DNA of 54,692 bases, from assembly GCA_031292775.1 (NCBI GenBank), contig JARLGN010000439.1, positions 1-54,692 on the forward strand, written 5' to 3'. Each line of letters starts with the position of its first letter. Positions within the stretch are counted from its first letter, which is position 1. The stretch is from Acidobacteriota bacterium. GTDB taxonomy: Bacteria; Acidobacteriota; Terriglobia; UBA7540. Of this stretch, positions 28,059 to 36,076 are shown in pieces. A model generated the notes under the pieces. That model had not been told where the DNA came from and did no database searches. It worked only from the letters and a program-made list of their open reading frames with translations. The position numbers and the translations under genes are program-made.

Positions 28059-28322
28059 CACGATGGTCCTGACCGGTGTCGGTGAGACTGCGCATGGACG
28101 ATACCTTGGGCGAGGAAAGAAGACGCAGCCGAAGTTCGAGTTGTGGGGGGGGCAGTTATATCAAGGCACACCCGCGGGAAAGCTATCGGGAAGTCGGCAG
28201 GACGGTGCGCATCCAGGTGTGGAAGGCTGTGGTGATCGCCTGAAATCAGGGCATTCGGAGGATCCGCGGACATCCGGGCGCCTACGTCCGCAAGCCCAAA
28301 AACCACAACGAGGCGAAATGAC

Positions 28323-28655
28323 ATGGACGAGAGGACGGAAGGAACAGTCAGCATTCCGATGCCGGCGCCGGGGTTCGCCCCATACATGAACGCCCCCTTC
28401 AACTCCGCGGAGATGGTGCGGGCCAAGGAGTCGGAAGAGGGAGACGGCACGGAAGGGACGGGGCAGATTCAGCGGGAGAAACCTGATGCCCTGGGGGCAG
28501 CCGCCAACCCACCGCCAAAAAGGAAAGATGTGAACGACTACACCGACCAGGACTTCCATCAGCTGCAAAAGACACGCCTGCGTTTCGCCGTCCGTCTGGC
28601 CGGGCAAGGCTTCCATTTTGCCCCCGCAGGCTGGGCTGTACGCACGGGGAGATAG
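28323..28655 (+). CDS. N-terminal piece of the Prim-Pol domain, out of frame with the downstream ORF (probable frameshift fragment)
   Basis: It ends ...RLRFAVRLAGQGFHFAPAG, matching the first strand-loop (aL.yA..G..vfP) of bifunctional primase/polymerase domains. The stop at 28653 is 9 nt before the next ORF, which is in the -1 frame. Confidence 0.5.
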   Translation: MDERTEGTVSIPMPAPGFAPYMNAPFNSAEMVRAKESEEGDGTEGTGQIQREKPDALGAAANPPPKRKDVNDYTDQDFHQLQKTRLRFAVRLAGQGFHFAPAGWAVRTGR

Positions 28656-28663
28656 GCTGGCCC

Positions 28664-30859
28664 ATGGATGCCACTACGGACCGGGAACGGATCAAGGCGT
28701 GGGTGAATGCCGGCAAGCAGCTCGTGATGGTGGCCAAGTTCGGGAAAGGCGCCGTGCTGGATTTCGATAATTTCGAGGCGTGCAAGGCGCTGGGGTTCGA
28801 CGAGCAGTGGCTCCAGGGAATGCTCAGGGTGGACACGCCTTCCGGCCCCGGCCATTTCCATTGCTACCTGCCCTGGAGCGCAGCCCTGGATGCCTTCCCC
28901 AATGGCGCCGCGAATGCGGATGCGTTTGACGCCAGTGGGAACCTGGTCGGCGAACTGAAGCTCAACAACTCGACCGTCGCCGCCCCCGGCAGCCTTAGAT
29001 TCAACTCGGAGTGTCCAGGCAAAGTGGAGGGAGCCTATATTCCCGTCACAGACCAAAATGCGGAGCTTTGCCCCAACGCCCCGGCAGTTGCCGCGTGGTT
29101 CAGGGCCCACGGCAAGGCCACCAAGCCTAAGCCGGAATTCACGGGCCGCAAAGAGCCGTGGAAGTTCCACCCCGAGTTTGATCAAGACGAGTTTCTTAAT
29201 CACAACCTATGCTCGGGACTCGACGGCGAAGGGGAAGGTTGGATAGAGGACGGCGTCTATCACCTTGTCCCGGACGAATGCCCATTGTGCGGGCAAGAGG
29301 CAAGACAAAATACCACCCTGGCGGCGGCCGTCACCAAGTTCATCTTCTCCGGCACGTGCTATGGATTCATCTGCCACCACTGCGGGGTGAATTCCAGGGC
29401 AGACTTCGAAGGAAAGATGGCGGAGGACCACCTAGATTGGGAGCCTTGGCATGGTTACATCTATCGGCACGACAGCGATACGCTCCTGTTTGCCGACGCC
29501 GCAAGGGCGGGCTTGGAGGTGGAGATGGTGGGCTGCTCAGATCACGATGAAACCTCTGCTGGCACGACGACATGCCCAGAGCAACCTGCGGAGCAACGCT
29601 CGCCAGTTATACATGAGGAGAAGCCCGCCAGGCTCCGGTTGGCAGAGATGCCCGAATCCGCCATGTATGGCTGGATTGCAGACAAGGCGAGGGAACTCCA
29701 GGTCCCGCTGGGGTTCGCCTATGCTGCGACACTCACGGCCTTTGCTCCCTGCATTACCACCTTCCCCCGCCAGATTCGCCCCACCCTTTACACCGCGCTG
29801 ATCGGGCCCGTCCACTGCGGCAAGACGGAGACGCTTAAGAGGGTGCGTGCAAGCATTCAATACCCCGACCCCGAGACGGTCAAGACCACGGTTCCCGGGT
29901 CCGACCGCGGGCTCATCAATATCTTCGGCGGCAAGAAGAAGGACAAGAAAGACGAGGCCTTTGGACTGGAAGTCCCAAAGACCAGGCTGCTGGTTCAGGA
30001 CGAGCTTCGCAATACCTTTGCCAAGGCCATGATCCAGGGGAGTAGTCTCCCCAGCACGCTGTGCACCCTGTTTTCGGAAGACGAGGCCGGGACCGCGGAC
30101 AAGACGGGGGAACACATAGCACTGGTCAGGCTCAGCATCCTCGGCGCATTGAAGGCCGAAGATGCCGATGACTTCGCAGAAGTGTTCGGGAAAGGGGCAA
30201 CGTCCGGCCTGTATGACCGCTTTGTGTTCGCCGTCGGGAGCAAGGGATGGCAATACTTCGACTGGGCGCCGCCAGCCGAGCCTTCATTCTGTTGCCCCTC
30301 CCGGCCCGAAATTCCCGCCACGGTCTTTCAGATGCTGGTTGCGTGGGGAGCGCACAATACCGACCGTCATCGGCTGGGGGAGATAGCCTTCCGGGTCGCC
30401 TACATCTCGGCGGCGGCAAATCAAGACAAATTCATTAGCGAAGCATGCATGGCTGCTGCATTGGAGTTTGCCGAATGGCAGGAGGCTATCCGGGGAAGGT
30501 ATAAGCCGGGATTGGGGGAAGGCGACAGGGCCCGGGCAACGGCAGCCATACTCAATGTTCTGGAGGCGGTCCAGGGCAAATGGATCCAGTGGCGTGAGGT
30601 GGCTACCAAAAAAAACTGGTACCGCAAGTTTGGGGCTGCGGTCATAAGCCAGGCCCGGGACTCATTAGCACGGTCAGGAATGACGGTCGAGGAGACTGAG
30701 GAAAGCGAGAACGGCAGGCAGCGCCGGACGGGCGCGTGCGCTTGCGCACGGCAGAAGATGAGGCTTAGGCCCAGTTGTCACTTTTGGGCCAGTTGTCAGT
30801 CCAGTTGTCACTTGGTTGTCAAAGAAAATAAAGGAGTTAAGTCAGTAGTCATGGTATGA
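28664..30859 (+). CDS. Primase-helicase: Prim-Pol domain plus a DUF3987/P-loop (phage/plasmid primase P4-type) domain
   Basis: Prim-Pol strings: DATTDRERIKAW, AVLDFD, VDTPSGPGHFHCYL and NSTVAAPGS. P-loop: Walker A LIGPVHCGKTE and Walker B-like LLVQDEL. The last 40 codons read through a DNA repeat array, so the real end may be earlier. Confidence 0.8.
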   Translation: MDATTDRERIKAWVNAGKQLVMVAKFGKGAVLDFDNFEACKALGFDEQWLQGMLRVDTPSGPGHFHCYLPWSAALDAFPNGAANADAFDASGNLVGELKLNNSTVAAPGSLRFNSECPGKVEGAYIPVTDQNAELCPNAPAVAAWFRAHGKATKPKPEFTGRKEPWKFHPEFDQDEFLNHNLCSGLDGEGEGWIEDGVYHLVPDECPLCGQEARQNTTLAAAVTKFIFSGTCYGFICHHCGVNSRADFEGKMAEDHLDWEPWHGYIYRHDSDTLLFADAARAGLEVEMVGCSDHDETSAGTTTCPEQPAEQRSPVIHEEKPARLRLAEMPESAMYGWIADKARELQVPLGFAYAATLTAFAPCITTFPRQIRPTLYTALIGPVHCGKTETLKRVRASIQYPDPETVKTTVPGSDRGLINIFGGKKKDKKDEAFGLEVPKTRLLVQDELRNTFAKAMIQGSSLPSTLCTLFSEDEAGTADKTGEHIALVRLSILGALKAEDADDFAEVFGKGATSGLYDRFVFAVGSKGWQYFDWAPPAEPSFCCPSRPEIPATVFQMLVAWGAHNTDRHRLGEIAFRVAYISAAANQDKFISEACMAAALEFAEWQEAIRGRYKPGLGEGDRARATAAILNVLEAVQGKWIQWREVATKKNWYRKFGAAVISQARDSLARSGMTVEETEESENGRQRRTGACACARQKMRLRPSCHFWASCQSSCHLVVKENKGVKSVVMV

Positions 30860-30980
30860 GGATGAGAGAGAGAAGATTAATCTTCTTGCCCTACCCTCCC
30901 TATCCGGGACTATTGACTAACAGCCTTTGTTATCTTTGACAACGGGGCTGACAACTGGATGAAAACAGAACCGACAACAG
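30771..30980. repeat. Candidate origin or protein-binding region: four direct CCAGTTGTCA boxes, an AT-rich spacer, and three inverted TGACAAC boxes
   Basis: Direct boxes lie at 30771, 30789 and 30801 (perfect 10-mers) and 30814 (ggttgtca). Inverted boxes lie at 30936-43, 30948-58 (ctgacaactgg, exact complement) and 30972-78. The spacer 30821-30935 is visibly AT-richer than its surroundings. Confidence 0.6.
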
Positions 30981-31282
30981 CTTGCCCTAAGAAATAGCTG
31001 GACATAGATGTTGGGAGTTGCCTTGGGGCGGCCACCCCCTTTCCCGCCAGCGGGAATCGGGGTCGCCGCGGGGATGGCAAGGCGGGGCGAAACGGATCTG
31101 GTTAGCAGAGAGATTGTACGCGGACTCGTTCCAAGAATTGCAGATTGGATCAGGCTTGCCTGGTGTAGATTGTGTATCCATCCCACCTCCTCCAAGCCCG
31201 ATTCCTTAACTTGAGTGGAATGGCCTTCCGGCCGTCCCGCGCTCCCCTCCAAAACTTATGCGAATGGAATCTCATTTCAGCC

Positions 31283-32419
31283 TCAACCTAAGGCTGCCTT
31301 CCTCTTGGCGTTCGCTTTCCTCTCCTCAATCTCCTCCGTCTTCTGGTAGTAGAATGGGTCTGCGCAAGACGGCGGCAAAGCCGCCTCTTTGTTCACTTCC
31401 CTTTCCGCCTTCATGGTCCGAATTACTGGTTCGCTTCCTGGTTCACTTATTGATTCCACTTTCATTATCTCAGTCATCCGGGATGACTGGGGCAGTCCGC
31501 CCGAGTGACTGGGGCAGTCATCCCAGAATACTACCCAGTCATCTGGGGTAACTGGGGCAGTCAGCCGGGCTGACTGGGGCAGTGACGTGGGCTGACTGGG
31601 GCAGTCATCCGGAGTGACTAGGTAGTCAGCCGGGATGACTGGCGGAGCCTTTCTCTTGGGCCTGGGGTCTGGCTTCACAAGGTGAGATACATCGAGGTCG
31701 TCCCGATGGAACACCAGGCAGCGACCCGCCTGCCAAGCCATCGACATGACCCCGTCATCCTGCTTCTTGGCATCCATAAACCTAAACTCGGGACCCAGAC
31801 CGTTCTTCAGCAGATTCACGTCTTCGGGATTGTCCAGGTCGAACAAGTCGAACAACCGCCGCCGCTCGGCGGGAAACTCCACCTTGGTGGATTGGACCGG
31901 GGCATTCAGTTCCCGTCTCCATCGTGCCCTGTCGTCCGGGTCGAACATGACGAAGTCTGGGTCGCACCAGCCGATTTCAAACAGCCGGGGCCTCCAGACC
32001 GGGTACCAGGGAGGTGTGGCCTGGGGTTTGTCGAGCGGGACATACTCATCATTTGGGCCGTAGCACCATCCGATGAAGGCGTCCGCTTTCTTGATGTCCC
32101 TCCTGGCATTGGTATACAAGACCGTCTCGGTGTTGCGCAGAAGGTATTCGTTTGAGGCTGCCGCACCCGAAGGCAGGAACCTGTGGGTGATTTTCATGAA
32201 TCCCAAAAGTTCCAGCAAGTCCAGGGCGTTGGATATGGAATCCCGGGATTTCAATTGCGCATGCGCCGAGATGTCCTCATAGGAGGGATGGCATCTCCCC
32301 GTTTCGGAGTGTGCCCGTGCGGCGAGTGCCATCGCCACCGACTTGAGCGTTATGGCATCGACCTTGCCTCCTTCGGGGAAGCTCGTGTTGAAGACCGCCA
32401 TCATGTGATTGAAGCCCAT
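31283..32419 (-). CDS. Winged-helix replication-initiator-like protein (Rep-like)
   Basis: The N-terminus has LKSVAMALAARAHSETGRCHPSYEDISAHAQLKSRDSISNALDLLELLGFMKI, typical of the wHTH of plasmid/phage replication or DnaD-like initiators. Its start abuts the upstream stop (TAGATG). The 3' third contains the iteron array. Confidence 0.6.
   Translation of the reverse strand: MGFNHMMAVFNTSFPEGGKVDAITLKSVAMALAARAHSETGRCHPSYEDISAHAQLKSRDSISNALDLLELLGFMKITHRFLPSGAAASNEYLLRNTETVLYTNARRDIKKADAFIGWCYGPNDEYVPLDKPQATPPWYPVWRPRLFEIGWCDPDFVMFDPDDRARWRRELNAPVQSTKVEFPAERRRLFDLFDLDNPEDVNLLKNGLGPEFRFMDAKKQDDGVMSMAWQAGRCLVFHRDDLDVSHLVKPDPRPKRKAPPVIPADYLVTPDDCPSQPTSLPQSARLTAPVTPDDWVVFWDDCPSHSGGLPQSSRMTEIMKVESISEPGSEPVIRTMKAEREVNKEAALPPSCADPFYYQKTEEIEERKANAKRKAALG
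31484..31649. repeat. Eight iterons phased at 21-22 bp, each a dyad TGACTGgggCAGTCA
   Basis: Units start at 31484, 31506, 31527 (degenerate), 31549, 31571, 31593, 31615 and 31636. The core tgactggggcagtc is perfect in 3 units and near-perfect in the others. Confidence 0.8.
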
Positions 32420-32635
32420 CTACTTGACCCTCCAGACCCTGGTTCCTTCCGGCAGGCTGCGGCAGGTGAACTTCTTCCCGTACTTCTTCTGCCTCCAAAA
32501 AACGGAATTGGCGATTTTGTGTATGTTGACGTTCTTGAATAGAATGCTGTCCCCAACCTCCATCCGGTCCAGTTCGGCATACTTTTGGCTCCGGGTGCGG
32601 GGGACGGGGACTCCTTGCTCGATTTTCTGTTCCAT
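32420..32635 (-). CDS. Small conserved phage/plasmid-type protein, translationally coupled to the Rep-like gene
   Basis: AGGAGG lies 6 nt upstream of the ATG. KYAELDRMEVGDSILF...KKYGKKFTCRSLPEGTRVWRV resembles a small family I recall as KYPF..M.VGDSF...G.KF..R....G.RVWR. Confidence 0.6.
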   Translation of the reverse strand: MEQKIEQGVPVPRTRSQKYAELDRMEVGDSILFKNVNIHKIANSVFWRQKKYGKKFTCRSLPEGTRVWRVK

Positions 32636-32830
32636 TGTGTTTCCTCCTGTTTAGGCTCTTCGTAGACAAGATTTTCAATTACTGGCACGATCGCCGCGAT
32701 CCCGGCGATTGGCGGCGTCATGCACTGAAACTCGACAACAAAAAATGTGGGCGCTACCGGCCTCTTTAAATGGGAGCAATTTGGTGAGGCAATTTCTGCT
32801 CCCCGGTTCAAAATCTGAGGAGGCACAAAC

Positions 32831-33433
32831 ATGGAAGACACCGTTGCGGAGAACACGAGCACCGGGTTTGCCTTAGCAATATCGCCAGGGCCTGAGGACG
32901 AGCAGAGGCTCGCCGACGAAATTCAGCAGTTGTGGGCGGTTCACATTGAGGCCAAGACCACCGTCAAAAGGACCCGGGAGGCAATGAAGGCCATTCGCCA
33001 GCGACTCGGCGAGCGGTTGTATGAGATGAAACTGTTGCTGGTGAAGCCGGGACGCAACGGGGGCTGGTCTTATTTCCTGCGGTTGCAGGGAATCGCCAAG
33101 GCGACCGCCGACCGACTTGTCCGGGCGCACGAAAAACCCATTGGCCCGAATCCGAATGTGCTCAGTGACCAGGTTTCCGAACCCAGCAGGGAAGAGGTGG
33201 GTCTGTTCATTGATGCGCTTTGGCCCAAGCTGGAACAGAAGCTCCCCACTCCCCGGTCTGCTTACTATTTCCTCTGGTGGTTTATTGGGTACTCAGGCCT
33301 CCCCTACGAGATGCGAGAAAATGGGATTTTGGTAATCAACCCGGCGGCTGCGTCGTCCTGCACCGCAGCCACGCCCACGGAGGCAGGGCACACCGCTGCC
33401 GCTGCCGTTGCGACCGATGGCGATGTGGTGTAG
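32831..33433 (+). CDS. DUF3102-like HTH protein (stand-alone paralog)
   Basis: GAGGAGG lies 7 nt upstream of the ATG. LADEIQQLW...LLLVKPGRNGGWSYFLRLQGIAKATADRLVRAHE matches the G.W..wL......S.rTA.R.m signature. Confidence 0.65.
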   Translation: MEDTVAENTSTGFALAISPGPEDEQRLADEIQQLWAVHIEAKTTVKRTREAMKAIRQRLGERLYEMKLLLVKPGRNGGWSYFLRLQGIAKATADRLVRAHEKPIGPNPNVLSDQVSEPSREEVGLFIDALWPKLEQKLPTPRSAYYFLWWFIGYSGLPYEMRENGILVINPAAASSCTAATPTEAGHTAAAAVATDGDVV

Positions 33434-33457
33434 CCAGGAGGGAAGGGGAATCAGCAA

Positions 33458-33679
33458 ATGACGGGCAGAAGTCGACGACCCCAAAAGTCAATGAGGACCG
33501 CCGTGGAGATGGCAATCGGCAGCTTGGACAGCCATCCTAGCCCCAATCCCCTGGACATGGACATGAGTGATATCGGCGAATCTCCTACCGACCTCGACCT
33601 GCCCCTGCCGGGTAAGCTGGAGAGCCGGCACGCCGCCGAGACAGGGGCGGCTCGTGGCGGGACCAAGAGGCGGTCCTAG
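33458..33679 (+). CDS. Possible small acidic protein
   Basis: 73-aa ORF with a purine-rich stretch upstream. Pro/Asp-rich, no motif. Weak call. Confidence 0.25.
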   Translation: MTGRSRRPQKSMRTAVEMAIGSLDSHPSPNPLDMDMSDIGESPTDLDLPLPGKLESRHAAETGAARGGTKRRS

Positions 33680-33926
33680 CGACAGGGATAACGCCCGCCG
33701 CTCATTCCCTGAATCTCGCAAAGGGAGCCGATTTCAGCCATGCCTCCAGTGGGTCTATGGTTCTGGTGCCGCAGACTGGTGCAGAAGGTTCCACGAGATT
33801 ATTGACCACCTTTGCGGGGCTATTTGGATGACGGTCTGATTCTGCGGCTGAGCCCGGGAGTCGTCCCGGGCAGTGGAGTGCTTTAGCTTGAGTGATTTTC
33901 TCGCCAGCCTTGTGGGTGCCGGCAGC

Positions 33927-34877
33927 ATGGAGATGATGCATGCTGCCCTTGGTAGGACCGCCCTGACCATTTGCCAGGGAGACTCCAGGGAACTTGGCTG
34001 GATTGCGCCGGCATCAGTCCACTTGGTCCTGACCTCACCTCCCTACTGGACGCTCAAGGAATATCCCCGCCGCGAAGGCCAGCTTGGACTCGTCGAGGAC
34101 TATGACGCCTTCCACAATGAACTCGACAAGGTGTGGAAGCACTGCTTTCGTGTTTTGGTTTCCGGCGGCCGGCTCGTGTGCGTCGTCGGGGACGTCTGCC
34201 TGTCCCGCCGCAAGCATGGCAGGCATTCGGTCATGCCCGTGCACGCCGACATCATTGTGAGGGCCAGGAAGATTGGCTTCGACAACCTCACTCCCATTCT
34301 GTGGCACAAGATAACCAATGCGAGTTATGAGGTCGAGAACGGGTCCGGCTTCCTGGGAAAGCCCTACGAGCCCAACGCCATCATCAAGAACGACGTTGAG
34401 TTCATCCTGATGCTGCGGAAGCCAGGCGGGTATCGCCAGCCCACCGAGGAGCAGCGCGAAGCGTCCAGGCTTTCAAAGCAAGAGCACCAAGAGTGGTTCC
34501 GGCAGGTATGGAACGGCCCCAACGGAGAGTCCACAAGGCACCATCCGGCGCCGTTCCCGGAGGAGCTGGCGCATCGCCTCGTGAGGATGTTCTCCTTCGC
34601 CGCCGATACCGTCCTTGACCCCTTCATGGGCACGGGGACGACTATGCTGGCTTCCGCCCGCTGCGGCCGAAACGCTATTGGGGTGGAGATCGAGCCGGCT
34701 TACGTCATGATGTCGAAGGAAAGAATCGAGAGGGAGCTTGCGACACTCTTCCGGCCAGCAAAGGGCATGGCCATTCCACAGACATCAGCATGTGGAGGGA
34801 CTGCCTCGTTGCCCGAGCCCAATGCGGCGGCAGCTGTCCTCCCTATGACCGTTCTTGGCCTCGAACTCACAGCATAA
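33927..34877 (+). CDS. DNA methyltransferase 5 (beta-class N4-C/N6-A, PF01555-like)
   Basis: Motif strings: LVLTSPPYWTLKEY, HHPAPFPEELAHRL and VLDPFMGTGTTMLA. I prefer the ATG at 33927 (MEMMHAALGRTALTICQGD). Confidence 0.85.
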   Translation: MEMMHAALGRTALTICQGDSRELGWIAPASVHLVLTSPPYWTLKEYPRREGQLGLVEDYDAFHNELDKVWKHCFRVLVSGGRLVCVVGDVCLSRRKHGRHSVMPVHADIIVRARKIGFDNLTPILWHKITNASYEVENGSGFLGKPYEPNAIIKNDVEFILMLRKPGGYRQPTEEQREASRLSKQEHQEWFRQVWNGPNGESTRHHPAPFPEELAHRLVRMFSFAADTVLDPFMGTGTTMLASARCGRNAIGVEIEPAYVMMSKERIERELATLFRPAKGMAIPQTSACGGTASLPEPNAAAAVLPMTVLGLELTA

Positions 34878-35272
34878 CTGTCACAACCTCGATTATAAGG
34901 CCGCAGACCGTGCCGAAATGCGTGGTGCAGGCCTAATGCAGAGTGCTCGCCCGCTGTGTGTATCCATTTCGCACAGGTAACCTAATTTTGGCAGGTAGAC
35001 TTCAGAAGAAATTGAGAATGAAGAGTCGCATGGTCGTCAACTGGCGAAGTGCATTGCTGCTGGCGGGATTCAGGCGTGGAAGGGCGTTTCCAAATCCGGC
35101 GAAGTACCCACTCGTCCTAGTTTCCGAGTGTGCCGTCGCTCGGCCAGAACTTCGGATTGCCCCTGCGGGTTTGTTGATAAACCCTCGGCGACTACTCGCT
35201 GGCAAGACTCTCGCTTTTGAAAGTCTCATGGAACCTACGCCGTCCGTTTCGAGCCCTGACCGTGATACAGCT

Positions 35273-35824
35273 TCAGAACAAGAACGGGATAAATCGTCGC
35301 GTGCGTTTCATGTAATCAGCATAGGCCGCACCGAAGCGCACGAGGTTCTCCCTTTCCTCGGCAATTGAAGTGGCGATGAGAAGAACGCTCGCCCCCACTG
35401 CCAGCGCAATCCCGCTGATGGCTAACGGATTCTTCAGGTAAGCGCACCACACAACCGCCAGCAACGACGCGTACAGAGGGTGTCGGATATAGCGATAGGC
35501 GCCAACCGTGACCAGCGTGGTTGTGTTCTCAAAAGGAAGATTGGTGCTGCGTGAGGCTGCGGGGGTTGGCCTGCCAATCAGGCGAAGAAGCCGGAAACCT
35601 TCAATTGCCAGTCCGATCGAGGCAGCTCCGAAGAACCATGACACCAGTTGGCGAGGCGAGAGCGGGCAGCGGAACCATATCGGGGCATTCAGCAGGATCA
35701 GGACCGACAGGAGTTCAAACGCGAAGAAGTGATAGAAGCCGTGAGAGCGCAAATCCCGCATCGACCGCCACGACAACTGCGTGATCCCGGCTGACACAAC
35801 GAGAAAGATATCGAGTCGCACCAT
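35273..35824 (-). CDS. Isoprenylcysteine carboxyl / phospholipid methyltransferase-family membrane protein
   Basis: LVTVGAYRYIRHPLYASLLAVVW...EERENLVRFGAAYADYMKRTRRFIP is the hallmark C-terminal region of the ICMT/PEMT family. The internal ATG 35824 gives a typical 183-aa size and avoids overlap with aldA. Confidence 0.75.
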   Translation of the reverse strand: MVRLDIFLVVSAGITQLSWRSMRDLRSHGFYHFFAFELLSVLILLNAPIWFRCPLSPRQLVSWFFGAASIGLAIEGFRLLRLIGRPTPAASRSTNLPFENTTTLVTVGAYRYIRHPLYASLLAVVWCAYLKNPLAISGIALAVGASVLLIATSIAEERENLVRFGAAYADYMKRTRRFIPFLF

Positions 35825-36076
35825 TGTGTTCGCCAGCCTATGGATCGAGCCCGACGGAACAGCGGTTACGAGCTTGCTCCCGCATCGCCGTAGTGTTCTC
35901 GTATACGGCGCCTTAACCGCGGGAACCCACCCCGTCCGCAACGCCAATATGGCACCTTGCACGGCTCGGGCGAACAACGAGCATCGCCACGGGTGCACAC
36001 GATACACTTTCCAAGAAACCAGCTTCTTGGGATAAATTGCGAGTATCGCCGCTATGGGGGGCGATCGCAAACTGTC

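Larger units (their letters stand above)
9699..34900. mobile_element. Integrated genomic island (integrative, plasmid-like replicative element); right boundary uncertain (34878-35272)
   Basis: A tyrosine integrase and xis-like HTH gene abut the tRNA. Then come methyltransferases, HTH paralogs, a primase-helicase, a Rep-like gene with iterons and many orphan ORFs. Core genes (APC permease; ICMT-like, aldA) flank both sides. Confidence 0.65.

Noticed and set aside
28620-28655. Programmed -1 ribosomal frameshift in the primase gene
   Set aside because: No canonical X_XXY_YYZ slippery heptamer in the zero frame and no obvious downstream pseudoknot were seen. An indel in the C5 or G4 run is simpler.
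28559-30253. Minus-strand ORFs 28559-29203 and 29537-30253
   Set aside because: They are antisense to the primase-helicase gene, which carries clear Prim-Pol and Walker motifs.
30917-31252. 111-aa minus ORF, plus the 97-aa plus ORF at 31258-31551
   Set aside because: They span the box array and the iteron flank, have a low-complexity Pro/Gly/Ser composition and lack an SD site. They are likely non-coding origin-region DNA or overlap the Rep-like gene.
31484-31649. Regularly spaced repeats considered as a CRISPR array
   Set aside because: The period is only 22 bp with 8-nt spacers. The repeats are dyads inside a coding region next to replication genes, and there are no cas genes. They are interpreted as iterons.
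34878-35272. Search for attR (a direct repeat of tRNA-Leu or of 9699-9716)
   Set aside because: No convincing match of 10 nt or more was seen by eye, so no att site is reported. A computational repeat search is needed.
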